Shown: positions 11,671-22,059 of the stretch, piece by piece
Layout of the letters: every line of letters begins with the position of its first letter
How positions within the stretch are numbered: the stretch's first letter is position 1
Source of the DNA: Naegleria gruberi
Taxonomy: Eukaryota
Length of the DNA: 64,000 bases
Assembly: GCA_000004985.1 (NCBI GenBank)
Contig: GG738890.1
Direction: 5' to 3' (one strand)
Position numbers and translations under genes: made by a program
The notes under the pieces: model-generated
Database searches by the model: none
Seen by the model: only the letters and a program-made list of their open reading frames with translations
What the model was told of the DNA's origin: nothing

Positions 11671-12788
11671 GTTGTTGCTGTTATCGTGGAATAGTGGATT
11701 ATATTAATTTACAAGTCTATAGTTGTTGTTTTGTTGTATGTTTTACAGGATTATATATTCATTCGTTTTGTCTCGGGTATAGGTTTTCAAAATCCACACA
11801 GATGATACCAAAATCCGATTCTAAATTCAAGTATTTACAAAATGTTGTTATTGTTGTTACTATTATTGTTGTTGTTGTAGTAGCAAAATATTCTTCAACT
11901 TGCTATCCAAAGTCAGTGATTGGTGAATGTCGTCGCAGTAGCAATATCAGAGAGATGAGAGAAGAAGGACGGTTGCTTGTCCTTGATAGCCAGAGAGCGG
12001 GACAGTATTGAAATTTTTTTAAAAGAAAAACTTCAGCTTCAGATTCTCTCTACGTGGTGGAAGGCAGTTGTAGTACTACAAGAAAGAGAACAAGATATTC
12101 TGAACACAATTGAGAAAATGATGGTATTTTGCTGATTTGCGGATGGGTTTATTTTCCAGAGTCACTCAATCAAGGATTTTGATCAAAAAGATTGGTTTTC
12201 TTTCTTGTATCAATATTCCGAGAATGATTGGATTTTTTTTTGATTGAAGTTAGCGCCCAAATATTCTTCTCCTCTGAAGCTTTAAAAATTTGAATCGGGA
12301 AAGTTTGAAGTTCGGAAGAGATTACCTTATCTACCTCATGAATGGTTCATGGAAATGGAGAATGGACTATTCAATGATCAAATTTGATTGTATTGAGAGA
12401 TTGCTTCGAGAATTTTGTTGGTTGCATGTGAAGAAAATCTGTTGTGTTTTATTACAACGGTTTTTATTTGAAGTTTGCTCAGAGTTTACAATGACAAGTC
12501 ATCATGCAAATTTGTACAATCAAAACATTGAACACGTTTTCAAAGAAATTTATTGTTACTAACTGAATGACGGTGATTCATCATTTCCTGAAACGTTGAT
12601 TTAGAACTTGAGATCTTTTTCAATGTTCTCACCATTAGAAACTAAAAGGAGTACTAGAGCATTGAATGTGTGGCCACACTACAGTTACTCTTTACCATAT
12701 TTAAATGTGTTCAATTTCCAAACCAACGTAGCTAATTGCAACTTGCATGTAACTGTTATTTGTTCCGTTGTAATCAAGTTCATTTCCA

Positions 12789-15509
12789 TTGAAAAAAATG
12801 TCTGATTTGCTCCAGCAGATTGTTGGTGATGAGGACGAATACTATGATGACGATGACGACGATTATGATTACGATGAAGAATACAATGATGAAGAAGAAG
12901 AAGGAGGAGAAGAGGAAGAAATAATAGAAGAGAATGATGCGGAAGAAATTATTGAACAAACTAAAGCTAATCTAACATTTAAAAATCACTCCGAACGAAA
13001 GCAAGAATTAAAACAGAACAAACATACAAAATCTAAACTAGTTGCTTCCAGTAATGATAATCATCATCACTCAGAACAAGTATTAGAAATTTCGGAAGAG
13101 GAAATGGAATACTATAAACAATTGAAACTCTATGGAATTAATGGTCCACCAAAGAAGGAAGATGGTGAATTGAATGAGGAAATTAATTTCAAATTGGATG
13201 TTTTACAATCCTCTAAAATGTTTTTCGAAAGTGTACAGCCGACATTGGTTACTATTTATTCTGGATCTAAATTATATGATGATCAGTACAGACACCTTCG
13301 TCAAAATTCATATAGATTAATTAGAGAGAAGGGTTATCAAACAGATCAAGAAATGATGGCAGCAGAGTTGACTCATCCAAGATTATTAGTGGATATTATG
13401 CCTCTTTCAAAATCTATTGACTATGTGCAACAGATTATGAACAGAACTGAACATTTGAGCTGTTTATCATCCGATATGAAATATTTATATATTTATGGAG
13501 GAAAGTATAGAAATTCACTTCGAGATGATTTTATTCAATACGAGATACTAACAGGTAAAATGAATATTTACAATAATTTGAGTTTAGCATCCCATATTGA
13601 TAATTATCAGGGAACTTGTATTGTAATACCTCCATTATTTGGTGGGGGAATGTTTGAGCATGATGGTAAAGTCTATATTATTGGAAAGGGAGAAAAATCT
13701 CCAAGTACTCATATTTACACAATTGAAAATCTTAGAGAACCAATGAAGGTTAAAAACGGAATCAGTGCAGGTTATCCTTGGTCATATCAGCATGTAAATA
13801 CTATATTTAATAGTAGAACTTTTTTTACTATCCATCATTCATATGAATCAAATGTTTTGGAAGTTTTCTTATTTGGAGGAAAATGTGCAGAAAAAGCTAT
13901 GGATGAGATGATTAATATTCACATTCCAATACAAAATTCATATGTACAACCTATTACCTATACTGTATTGACAAAACCTAAAGTTGGAGAGTGGCCATCA
14001 GCAAGATATGGCCACTCTTCTTGTAACATAGCAAATCTTATATTTATTTATGGTGGTATAAATACCAAGAATCAATTATTGAATGATCTATACATGTTCG
14101 ATACAACCACTCAAGTTTGGACTGAAGTCAGTGTCGAATCAATGCTTCCACCACCTCTCTTTAAGCACCAATCATTCTCAATTAATAACCAATCTTTTTA
14201 TATATTTGGTGGTCAAACTCAACACGACGCTTCCAACTCACTATTTAGATTTGATATAACAGACAAGAAGTGGTACTTGATCGAGGTTATTTCAGATGAA
14301 AGAAATGCAAAATTGTCAGGTCATCAATGCTTGGCAACCAGTAACAAGTTATTCATTATTGGTGGAGTTTCTGATCAGGAAAATACCAAATCAATGAGAA
14401 ATTTCAGTGTTCTCTTGAATGTGAGTGATCCAGGAAAACCTATCCCAATCTGTAATTATTTATCTACCAAGAGAAGAGAAGGATATTTGTGTGACATTAT
14501 TTTTAGAGTTAAGGATATGGGAACCGATACTACAAGTCACATTTTGGCACATCGGTGCATTCTAAAAGCAAGATGTTCCTACCTAACTGAAAAATTTTCA
14601 AACTGTGTAGAAACTATGAATACTCATAATTTTGAAGGAACATTTCTAGATGAGGAAATTGGAGTGGTGGATATATCTGAATGTCAAACACACATTTTTG
14701 AAAAATATTTGGAATTCTTGTATAGTGGATCTCTTTATTTGGAGAATTTAGAGGTGGTTAGTCAATTTTTGGAATTTGTAAAGAATATTTCTACAGAAAG
14801 ACACTACCCTTCCCTTCAAAAGATTTGTACATTGGATAGTAGAAAGGATTTGAGTTTGACCAAACAAATTTTGGCCGATATGCACAAGGATTTTGCCACT
14901 CTGATTGACGACAATACCTATAGCGATGTAGTGGTAGTTTTGGATCAGGAAAATATGTTTGAAAAGGATTCTGTTCCTATGGAAGATGGGGAATTCAACG
15001 AAGAGCTTCTTTCTCCTCTCACTTCAGCCACTATTTCTTCTTCTGGAATTTCTGTACATAGGCTCATCATGTCCAGATCACCATTCTTCTCTAGAATGTT
15101 TGTAACATCTGGCATGATGGAAACCAAAGAGAAAGTTGTACACTTGTCAGACTATTCCAAAGAAGTAATGATTGATCTCTTAAAGTATTTATACACAGAT
15201 ATTATTCAACTCTCTCCAAGCAATTGTTTGGGTGTGCTAGTATATTCCCTCATGTTTGACTTGACAGATTTGGCAAGTTGTTGCAGAAGAATGGTAATTT
15301 CACTACTGGACAACAGCACTGTGTGGGTGGTTCATGAAATTGCCATTCTCTACAATGAAAAATCCTTAGAGAGCGAATGTGAGCACTTTATTGCTAACAA
15401 CTTTGTGACTCTGAATTCGAGTTCTGCATTTTTAGACCTGCCAGATATGACTAGAATTAGAATTAAACAACTCTACGAAAGAAAGTATCATAAGAATAAG
15501 ACTAAATGA
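12789..15509 (+). CDS. LZTR1-like protein: Kelch-repeat beta-propeller followed by two BTB/POZ domains; acidic N-terminus
   Basis: There are about six Kelch-type repeats (YIYGGKYRN, LFGGK, IFIYGGINTKNQLLNDLYMFD, FYIFGGQTQ, LFIIGGVSDQ). Two BTB domains follow (YLCDIIFRVKD...HRCIL and YSDVVVVLDQ...VHRLIMS). The N-terminus has D/E/Y runs encoded by a GAT/GAA repeat. Confidence 0.75.
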   Translation: MKKMSDLLQQIVGDEDEYYDDDDDDYDYDEEYNDEEEEGGEEEEIIEENDAEEIIEQTKANLTFKNHSERKQELKQNKHTKSKLVASSNDNHHHSEQVLEISEEEMEYYKQLKLYGINGPPKKEDGELNEEINFKLDVLQSSKMFFESVQPTLVTIYSGSKLYDDQYRHLRQNSYRLIREKGYQTDQEMMAAELTHPRLLVDIMPLSKSIDYVQQIMNRTEHLSCLSSDMKYLYIYGGKYRNSLRDDFIQYEILTGKMNIYNNLSLASHIDNYQGTCIVIPPLFGGGMFEHDGKVYIIGKGEKSPSTHIYTIENLREPMKVKNGISAGYPWSYQHVNTIFNSRTFFTIHHSYESNVLEVFLFGGKCAEKAMDEMINIHIPIQNSYVQPITYTVLTKPKVGEWPSARYGHSSCNIANLIFIYGGINTKNQLLNDLYMFDTTTQVWTEVSVESMLPPPLFKHQSFSINNQSFYIFGGQTQHDASNSLFRFDITDKKWYLIEVISDERNAKLSGHQCLATSNKLFIIGGVSDQENTKSMRNFSVLLNVSDPGKPIPICNYLSTKRREGYLCDIIFRVKDMGTDTTSHILAHRCILKARCSYLTEKFSNCVETMNTHNFEGTFLDEEIGVVDISECQTHIFEKYLEFLYSGSLYLENLEVVSQFLEFVKNISTERHYPSLQKICTLDSRKDLSLTKQILADMHKDFATLIDDNTYSDVVVVLDQENMFEKDSVPMEDGEFNEELLSPLTSATISSSGISVHRLIMSRSPFFSRMFVTSGMMETKEKVVHLSDYSKEVMIDLLKYLYTDIIQLSPSNCLGVLVYSLMFDLTDLASCCRRMVISLLDNSTVWVVHEIAILYNEKSLESECEHFIANNFVTLNSSSAFLDLPDMTRIRIKQLYERKYHKNKTK

Positions 15510-15530
15510 ACTCTAGATGGTGGAAAGGTT

Positions 15531-16592
15531 TCAAAGCAGCTTGATTCTCCAAAATAGAATTCTATTGTCATAGCTTGCAGTGGAGAAGCTAATTTGATGA
15601 GATTCCTTTTTGAATAGTTGTAAACTGTGAATGTGTTTTGAATGGTAGATTCCTCTTTCATTTTCCAACTTTCCAACAAATTTCCATTCATTGCCATTTT
15701 GCAATTCGAATAGAAATGGTGCATTATCATAACCAGCAGCTATAAAATGCTGTGTTGAAACAAAAATTCCACAAGTAAACGCCAATCCACTGTGTAATAT
15801 TTCCTGTTTCGGATAATCTTTAAAGCTTGGATCCAACTTATCATTCGTATATCTATAAAACAAAATTGATGAATTTGAACAAAGAACTGCCAACCATAAC
15901 CCATCTGGAGAGAATTCCAAATAATTTGCCTTATTTTCCAATAGCCTTCTCATATAAACAGTACCATACCTATCTTTTGTTCTTTCTTCATTCCACTTAC
16001 TTGCACAATAGATCAGTAAACTATTCGAAACATCCACACAAGCAATAGTTCGACAATTGGGATGCCAAGCACAAGCAATTGCTGCAGAATTTAATTTCTT
16101 TAATTTTGCAAATCCAAAAGCAGTTTCTTCTTCATAATGACAAACAGAAAGAGTTTGATGAGATCCAACAGCAAATCTAGAGCCATCTTTCGCCCATTTG
16201 CAGAAGAAACATGGAGAACGGCTTCTTGTTAGGATTTTGATACAGTTTTTTAAAGTGTGTTCATGATTTTCGTCTAGTTTCCACAATTTACACATCTTTC
16301 CAATAGAATAGGTTGAACAGGTTACAATCGTGTTGGTTTCTTGATTCCAATCAAATTTAATTTCAGTATCTATGGTTTCCGAATCTTCATCATTCAAAGT
16401 AGAATCAATAATATATTTACAATCACTTTTCGAATAATCCATTCCGAATTCATTATCTGAATCCATACGAAACGGATTAAAATCTTGAGGAATTTGATAA
16501 ATAAATATGAGAGAAGTATTTTTCTTGCTGATTGCTAATAAATTTCCATTCCAAACGTGATGTGATAGAAATTGTTCACCAGTGTTTGCCAT
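15531..16592 (-). CDS. WD40 protein resembling Arp2/3 complex subunit ARPC1 (p41)
   Basis: An N-terminal SHHVWN...LAI motif resembles ARPC1 SCHAWN. The C-terminal FIAAGYDNAPFLFELQNGNEWKFVGKL resembles ARPC1 VAAGHDCFPVLF...GKLSFGGRL. The sequence is divergent and could be a paralogue. Confidence 0.55.
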   Translation of the reverse strand: MANTGEQFLSHHVWNGNLLAISKKNTSLIFIYQIPQDFNPFRMDSDNEFGMDYSKSDCKYIIDSTLNDEDSETIDTEIKFDWNQETNTIVTCSTYSIGKMCKLWKLDENHEHTLKNCIKILTRSRSPCFFCKWAKDGSRFAVGSHQTLSVCHYEEETAFGFAKLKKLNSAAIACAWHPNCRTIACVDVSNSLLIYCASKWNEERTKDRYGTVYMRRLLENKANYLEFSPDGLWLAVLCSNSSILFYRYTNDKLDPSFKDYPKQEILHSGLAFTCGIFVSTQHFIAAGYDNAPFLFELQNGNEWKFVGKLENERGIYHSKHIHSLQLFKKESHQISFSTASYDNRILFWRIKLL

Positions 16593-16982
16593 TTTTTTTA
16601 AATGAAATTTTTGTAAACTTCCCTTTCATTGAATTCACAGAATTATTACAATTTTTTCATTAAGCACCAAATCTATCGAAAAACCTTTTTAAGGTTCAGA
16701 TGAAATCTATTCTCACAAATAGGAAGTATACAAAATAAATGTCCTATACCTCCGATTTTTTGATGGAACATGTCGGAATTATTTGTTTATCTCCTTCAAC
16801 AGCAAATCTCTAGCTCGACAGAAAACCTTAGAATAAAATTCAAAGCTAAAACACTGAAAAAAACGCGCCATTTGTTGCGAGCTGCTTGAAGAGTTTCATT
16901 TCTATTGTCGTTTTTCTTTATTTGCTTGATAATTTTGATATATTTTGTTGTAATATTAATAATTCTGTATTAAAAAACAATA

Positions 16983-17408
16983 ATGGAGGATCATAATAAT
17001 TCAATGTTAGTTTCACGTTCGGAATCATCCCTTTCGTTAGTTTCCAATCAAACCAATGAACCACTTCATAAGAGAATGTCGAGTGGAGTTAGTTTGGATG
17101 ATTCCATTGAAATTCTGGAGGAAGGAGCAAATTCTCATCATGGTGATTCCAATGATGTAGATGATAATCATACAAAAATACAAACAACAACAATTAATGG
17201 ACAACGAAGAATTGTGGGCAAACAGCAGCAAGAAAAGAAACATCTTCCTCATGAGCCTGGAATGTTCTCTACATTTGTTGATTCGTTTTTGGAATATGTT
17301 GAAGATGTGTTTGGATTGGGAGGTGATGCAAATAATAATAATGGAGAACATCAAACTCATGATCCTACTGTGGATGCAAAGGCTAATTTTAGTAGTTTTA
17401 TCAATTAA
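16983..17408 (+). CDS. hypothetical S/N/D-rich protein
   Basis: 141-aa ORF with an A-rich start context and no recognisable domain. Confidence 0.3.
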   Translation: MEDHNNSMLVSRSESSLSLVSNQTNEPLHKRMSSGVSLDDSIEILEEGANSHHGDSNDVDDNHTKIQTTTINGQRRIVGKQQQEKKHLPHEPGMFSTFVDSFLEYVEDVFGLGGDANNNNGEHQTHDPTVDAKANFSSFIN

Positions 17409-17446
17409 TGAATATCATTTGATGAAGAGTATATTATGAATATCAT

Positions 17447-17621
17447 ATGATGAAGAATAATTTAGGATTTAATTGTAAATATTGTAATTATCAATGAATT
17501 TGGATTATGAATAAACACGTCTCTATTGAGAATAGAGCTACGTGAGCTTGACTTTTCTCTACTTTTAAACTTTCAGCAATTAATTGATAGCATTGACTCT
17601 TTTTCCAATTGTTCTTTTTCA
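17447..17621. repeat. direct repeat copy 1 (~175 bp, ~95% identical to 21886-22059); orphan duplicate of the 3' end of the RNA-ligase gene
   Basis: By eye this aligns base-for-base with 21886-22059, with a few substitutions and 1-2 small indels. The flanking sequence diverges immediately outside both ends. Confidence 0.85.
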
Positions 17622-17794
17622 TCACTAGTGAAAGTTGAATTAAATTTGAAGATGTTCATTTCCATATCTAATGATTTCAATTGTTTTGCCTTACTAATAA
17701 CCTCCAATGTTTTATCATTTGTACTTGAAAAACCATATTGACATCCCAAACAAGTAGAGCTGCATGTTGCTATCTATTCTAACAACACAATAAT

Positions 17795-19422
17795 TCATAA
17801 TAACACACAATTTGGTTCTGATTTTGCTTTGTAATTTGTCACCTCAACTTTTGTCTTATCAATTAAAAGAGTTTTCAATTGATCTATTTTAGATTCATTT
17901 CTAATATTATTTGCTTGAATAGCAAGATGTTTCAATTGTTTCATTTCATTAATGTATTCAGCTCCAATATTTCCAATTCTATTATAACTAACATCAAGTT
18001 CGGTCAATTGTGTCAGTTGGCTTAGAAATTTACATCCTTCATCAGAAATATTATTAAGAGCCATGCTAAGATCAGTCAATTGGGTCAGTTCACTAATATT
18101 TTTACATCCATTATCGGAAATATTATTTCCATTTAGATATAGAATAGTTAGAGATTTCAGATTGGTGATGGATTTGATTGAATCATCGCCTATTGAACTT
18201 GAGCAAATGCGTAAGTCAGTTAATTGTGTCAATGTAGATAAATATTCGAAACTTTCTGCGTTAATCTTATTGTAACTGAATCTGAGACAAGTTAATTGTT
18301 TAAATTGACTGATATGTTTAGCTCCTTCACTTCCTATCTCATTATGACTAATATCAAGTTCAGTTAAATTACCAAGTTGACTAATATATTCCGTTCCTTC
18401 ATTACGAATACTATTATTATTAATTTCCAAAAACATCAACTGTTCCATTTCACTAATGAATTTAGCCCCTTCAGCGCCAATTTTGTTATCATAAATGGAA
18501 AGTCTTGTCAATTGTTTGAGTTTTCTAATTTTCTTACATCCTTCAGCTCGTAGATTATTCTCTATTATGGTAAGAGTAGTTAAGTTTCCCATCTCACTAA
18601 CATATTCGACACCTGTTTCACCAATATAATTGTTACTGATATCAAGATTGGTCAATTGTTTCATTTCACTTATGGATTTAGCACCTTCTTCACCAATTCT
18701 ATTACAATTAATTCCAAGATTGGTCAATTGATTGAGAGCTACAAGATATTTAGCACCTTCTGCACAAATGTCATTCACACCAATATTAAGAATTTTCAAT
18801 TGGCTTAATTGACCTATAAATTTAGCACCTTCTGCTCCCAACTCATTTGTTCTAATATCTAGATTAGTCAACTTTAATTTGGTCAAATAACTAGCTCCTT
18901 CAGCACTTATATTATTCCCATAAAGATTAGCACTTGTCAATTCTTTACATTCGCTCAAATATTTCACACCTTCATTTCCTATTCTATTGTAACCTATTTC
19001 AATACTTGTCAATCTTTTAAAATAATTTAATTATTATTAAATCCAATTGATATTGTCGATTTGTCTTCCACTTTTAGAAAAGTTACATTTTGTAAAAATT
19101 GTGATTTTTGCATTCGTGAATTCTTGTTGTAAAGTTTCAATGAAAGTTTCAATTTTTTTACAATATTTAACCACTGTTTGGAAACAAGTGCGCAATTTAG
19201 AATTAGAAATTTAAAATTTCGAGAATGACACAAGAAGGAAAGAGTCTCTAATAGTGTATCGTCTGAGAATTGTTTCGAATAATTGTTTGTTTCTTCCGAA
19301 TTATTAAACATTAATTTTTTACACTCTATTCCGATACGTGGCGATGATGATTCTTGTTCGGAATGAGAGGATTTAAAATTCGAAACTGGGACTGAAAAAT
19401 TCTTATTGTTCAATTCACTCAT
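17795..19422 (-). pseudogene. F-box / leucine-rich-repeat (RI-type LRR) protein gene, apparently disrupted between F-box exon and LRR body
   Basis: The upstream ORF (19027-19422) encodes an F-box (DTLLETLSFL...LVSKQWLNIV). The downstream ORF (17795-19012) encodes about 16 RI-type LRRs (L..L.I..N.IG.EGAK), but its first codon is TTG and its first ATG lies about 115 codons in. The two ORFs are in different frames 14 nt apart. No GT-AG intron restores the frame. A near-tandem duplication of an LRR-start segment (STISIGFNN / TSIEIGYNR) spans the junction. The gene could still be functional if I have missed a non-canonical intron. Confidence 0.5.
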
Positions 19423-19556
19423 TTTTTTCTATTAACTTTCATACTGTAAAATATATTTTACAATTTTGTAAGTGTCTTAGCAAAAAATGATGAATAAATT
19501 CTGTTTAAAAACCTTAATTTAAATGGTTTTCAAAAAATGCAAAAAACCTTAAAAAA

Positions 19557-21854
19557 ATGGCAAGACGAGCGAAAAAACGTTTTTCAAAAACTAACCACAA
19601 GAGATCTGCTGCAGCAGAAGAGGACAAAACCACAAATGTTTCCAGCAGACTAGTCTCGGGATGCCTTAATGATACAAATAATACAACAATAAAACAAGAA
19701 GAACCATCACAACAATTAAAGAAATGTAAAATAGAAGTTGTAGAAAAATCTATAGCAGATGTAGATTTAAGGCTACGAAATATATATCATGATGAAGAAG
19801 CTTCACATCGACAACAAGAAATATTAGGGAATTCATTCGTAAGATACCTTCCACCTGTTTTTGGAAAAACAACACACGAAAGCCTTAAAAATCTCACTGT
19901 ACGAAAGGAGAAGATATTTAGGTATGAATTATTCCCTGAATGTATTTATCCACCAGAGAAACAAGATCTTGGTGAATTGATTGCAAATTTGATAAAAGTT
20001 AGTGTGAAAAGTCTTTTGGAAGGTAAATTATCTGAAAAGGAGCAAAAATTAAGAATTACTTTAACTGGAAGATCAGGTGATGGAAAAACTTTCTTACTAT
20101 ATTATTTAGCCAATAAGTGTAATGATTCCTGTATTTTTATTCCAATTCATCTTTCAATTAATGAGTTTTTTTATAGAGCTAGAATTCCTGATGAAGATGC
20201 TCTGTTGATTGACTGTGGAGTGTTAATTTGCTCCTATTTGACCTATGTTCAAGAGTTTTTGGAGAGTGGCATTACCAATCCTTACAAAATTATGGAACTG
20301 TTCAACAATACATATTCAAGAAAGGTAATGGAGAGAGCAATAACATTTGCAAGCACCAACAGTAATATGTTAGTACGAGTAGAATGTCAAAAATTGAGTA
20401 ACAAATTTGGTAAATATCCAGTGTTTGTTATTGATGAAGCACATATCATGGCCTCATCTCTTGCCAACAAAATTTCAAATGATGATGGAAAAAGAAATGA
20501 ATCTGCATTGACTGCAATAACGAGAGTGGCAGGATCAATCCCTGTAATTTGTTGCTCCACCAAGATATCCGGAGTTAATCTAGGAATAGATGTTTCTGGT
20601 TCTGAGCATTTGTACAAGTTTAATTTAACAACAGATATTATTGATATACCAAAGAGAGACATTTCCCCAAGCGATTTCATTTCCTTCTTTATTAACCCTT
20701 TTGAGAATGAAGATGTAAAACTCTTTACAAATATGCTTCTCTCTGAATGCCCAGTCCGTATTCATACAATGATTATAGATGAGTACTGGTTAGTTATGGA
20801 CAAAAACTTCCAAACAGATTCAAACTCCAAAACATGGAATCTGAAGAAAGCTATTAAGGGAGTGCTCACAAATCAAATGCCTTCTTTAGGAAAAAAAATG
20901 AAAGAGGAGTTTGATAATATTACTAATGAACGGCTAAAAAAGCTATTATTCTTTGTTTGGACAGGTTTAAATCCTAACATTGAAAACAATTCAGATTTTG
21001 ACTCGAGTTCACTAAAGAGCGTGGTACAAGAATTCAACCTCCATTCACATGATTTGTCTCAAGAGTATGAATTGTTCTCTCAACAAATGCTGCATCTGGG
21101 ATGTGGTAAACCAAAGGACGGAACTTATAGATTTTCTGATGCTTTTTTTAGGTTTGGATATTTTGAATCCATGAGAGATGATAATTGGTACACATATGTT
21201 GAAAACTTGGGGAGCTGTATGAAACACGTAGTACAATCTCATGTTGGGAAGAAGGGATTTCTTTTTGAAAGAGTTATTGGATTATTGTTAATGAGCATTT
21301 CAAAATCATTAAAGGGGAAACCACTTACAAGTTGCGTTTTGTTTGCAGGGGCAAAAGGCACTTGGTTGGATAATTACACAATCACCATTAGATCAGTAGA
21401 AATGACCCCAAAATATTATGAGCCATTGATTTTGTTTGAAATAACGGACATTATTGCCTGTTCAATTGACGAAAATTCAAGTTGCGATTTATTTCTTTCC
21501 TTAGTTCCTATCAGCAAAGATGAAAAGTTTGTTCCTTGTTTAACTTCTATCAAATTTCTAAAGACATTGCTTGGTGAAGAGGAAATTTTCAAGTCAACTT
21601 TGATTGAAAATCAACAAACAAATGTTTTATCATTTAATGAGTTGATGATAAGAAGTAATCACCACGCCAAAAGAAGATTAAGACTTGGATTTGCTGCCAA
21701 TTCTGTAATTGGACATGATGTTAAAATATCAAATGATGATGACATTCAAATATTGTTTTCCCTTAATCACAGATTATTATTTGATTATTTGAAAGAAAAT
21801 TTGGATTTTCTTCATGAAGCATTGATGAATCTCAATACCATTATTCATCGATAG
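19557..21854 (+). CDS. orphan P-loop NTPase (Walker A GRSGDGKT, Walker B VFVIDEAH) of unassigned family
   Basis: 765-aa intact ORF. Walker A is LTGRSGDGKTFLLYYL and a DEAH-type Walker B, YPVFVIDEAHIMAS, lies about 115 residues downstream. No other recognisable domain. It is divergently arranged with the F-box/LRR gene across a ~135-bp shared upstream region. Confidence 0.5.
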   Translation: MARRAKKRFSKTNHKRSAAAEEDKTTNVSSRLVSGCLNDTNNTTIKQEEPSQQLKKCKIEVVEKSIADVDLRLRNIYHDEEASHRQQEILGNSFVRYLPPVFGKTTHESLKNLTVRKEKIFRYELFPECIYPPEKQDLGELIANLIKVSVKSLLEGKLSEKEQKLRITLTGRSGDGKTFLLYYLANKCNDSCIFIPIHLSINEFFYRARIPDEDALLIDCGVLICSYLTYVQEFLESGITNPYKIMELFNNTYSRKVMERAITFASTNSNMLVRVECQKLSNKFGKYPVFVIDEAHIMASSLANKISNDDGKRNESALTAITRVAGSIPVICCSTKISGVNLGIDVSGSEHLYKFNLTTDIIDIPKRDISPSDFISFFINPFENEDVKLFTNMLLSECPVRIHTMIIDEYWLVMDKNFQTDSNSKTWNLKKAIKGVLTNQMPSLGKKMKEEFDNITNERLKKLLFFVWTGLNPNIENNSDFDSSSLKSVVQEFNLHSHDLSQEYELFSQQMLHLGCGKPKDGTYRFSDAFFRFGYFESMRDDNWYTYVENLGSCMKHVVQSHVGKKGFLFERVIGLLLMSISKSLKGKPLTSCVLFAGAKGTWLDNYTITIRSVEMTPKYYEPLILFEITDIIACSIDENSSCDLFLSLVPISKDEKFVPCLTSIKFLKTLLGEEEIFKSTLIENQQTNVLSFNELMIRSNHHAKRRLRLGFAANSVIGHDVKISNDDDIQILFSLNHRLLFDYLKENLDFLHEALMNLNTIIHR

Positions 21855-21885
21855 CCATTTATGATTGTGAATCCACATCCTTATT

Positions 21886-22059
21886 TGATGAATAATTTAG
21901 GATTTAATTGTAAATATTGTAATTATCAATGAATTTGGAGATTACGAATAAACACGTCTCTATTGAGAATAGAGCTACGTGAGCTTGACTTTTCTCTACT
22001 TTTAACCATTCAGCAATTAATTGATAGCATTGACTCTTTTTCCAATTGTTCTTTTTCAT
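21886..22059. repeat. direct repeat copy 2; overlaps the last ~50 codons and stop of the RNA-ligase gene (minus strand)
   Basis: Partner of 17447-21621 with ~95% identity. On the minus strand it encodes ...ALFSIETCLFVISKFIDNYNIYN*. Confidence 0.85.

Noticed and set aside
11607-12011. 134-aa ORF rich in V/C (VVVVVLLFGTCCCC)
   Set aside because: It is generated by a (GTT)n/(TGT)n microsatellite in the divergent intergenic region between the kinase and LZTR1-like genes, and is not a plausible protein.
17526-17741. 71-aa ORF overlapping direct-repeat copy 1
   Set aside because: It falls inside the duplicated ligase 3'-end fragment and its divergent flank. It has no start context or domain and is an artefact of the repeat.
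19013-19026. Modelling the F-box/LRR junction as a spliceosomal intron
   Set aside because: I tested all GT donors and AG acceptors around the junction, and none restores the LRR frame. The only AG (19014-19015 on the minus strand) requires a 2-nt exon overhang with no matching GT donor.
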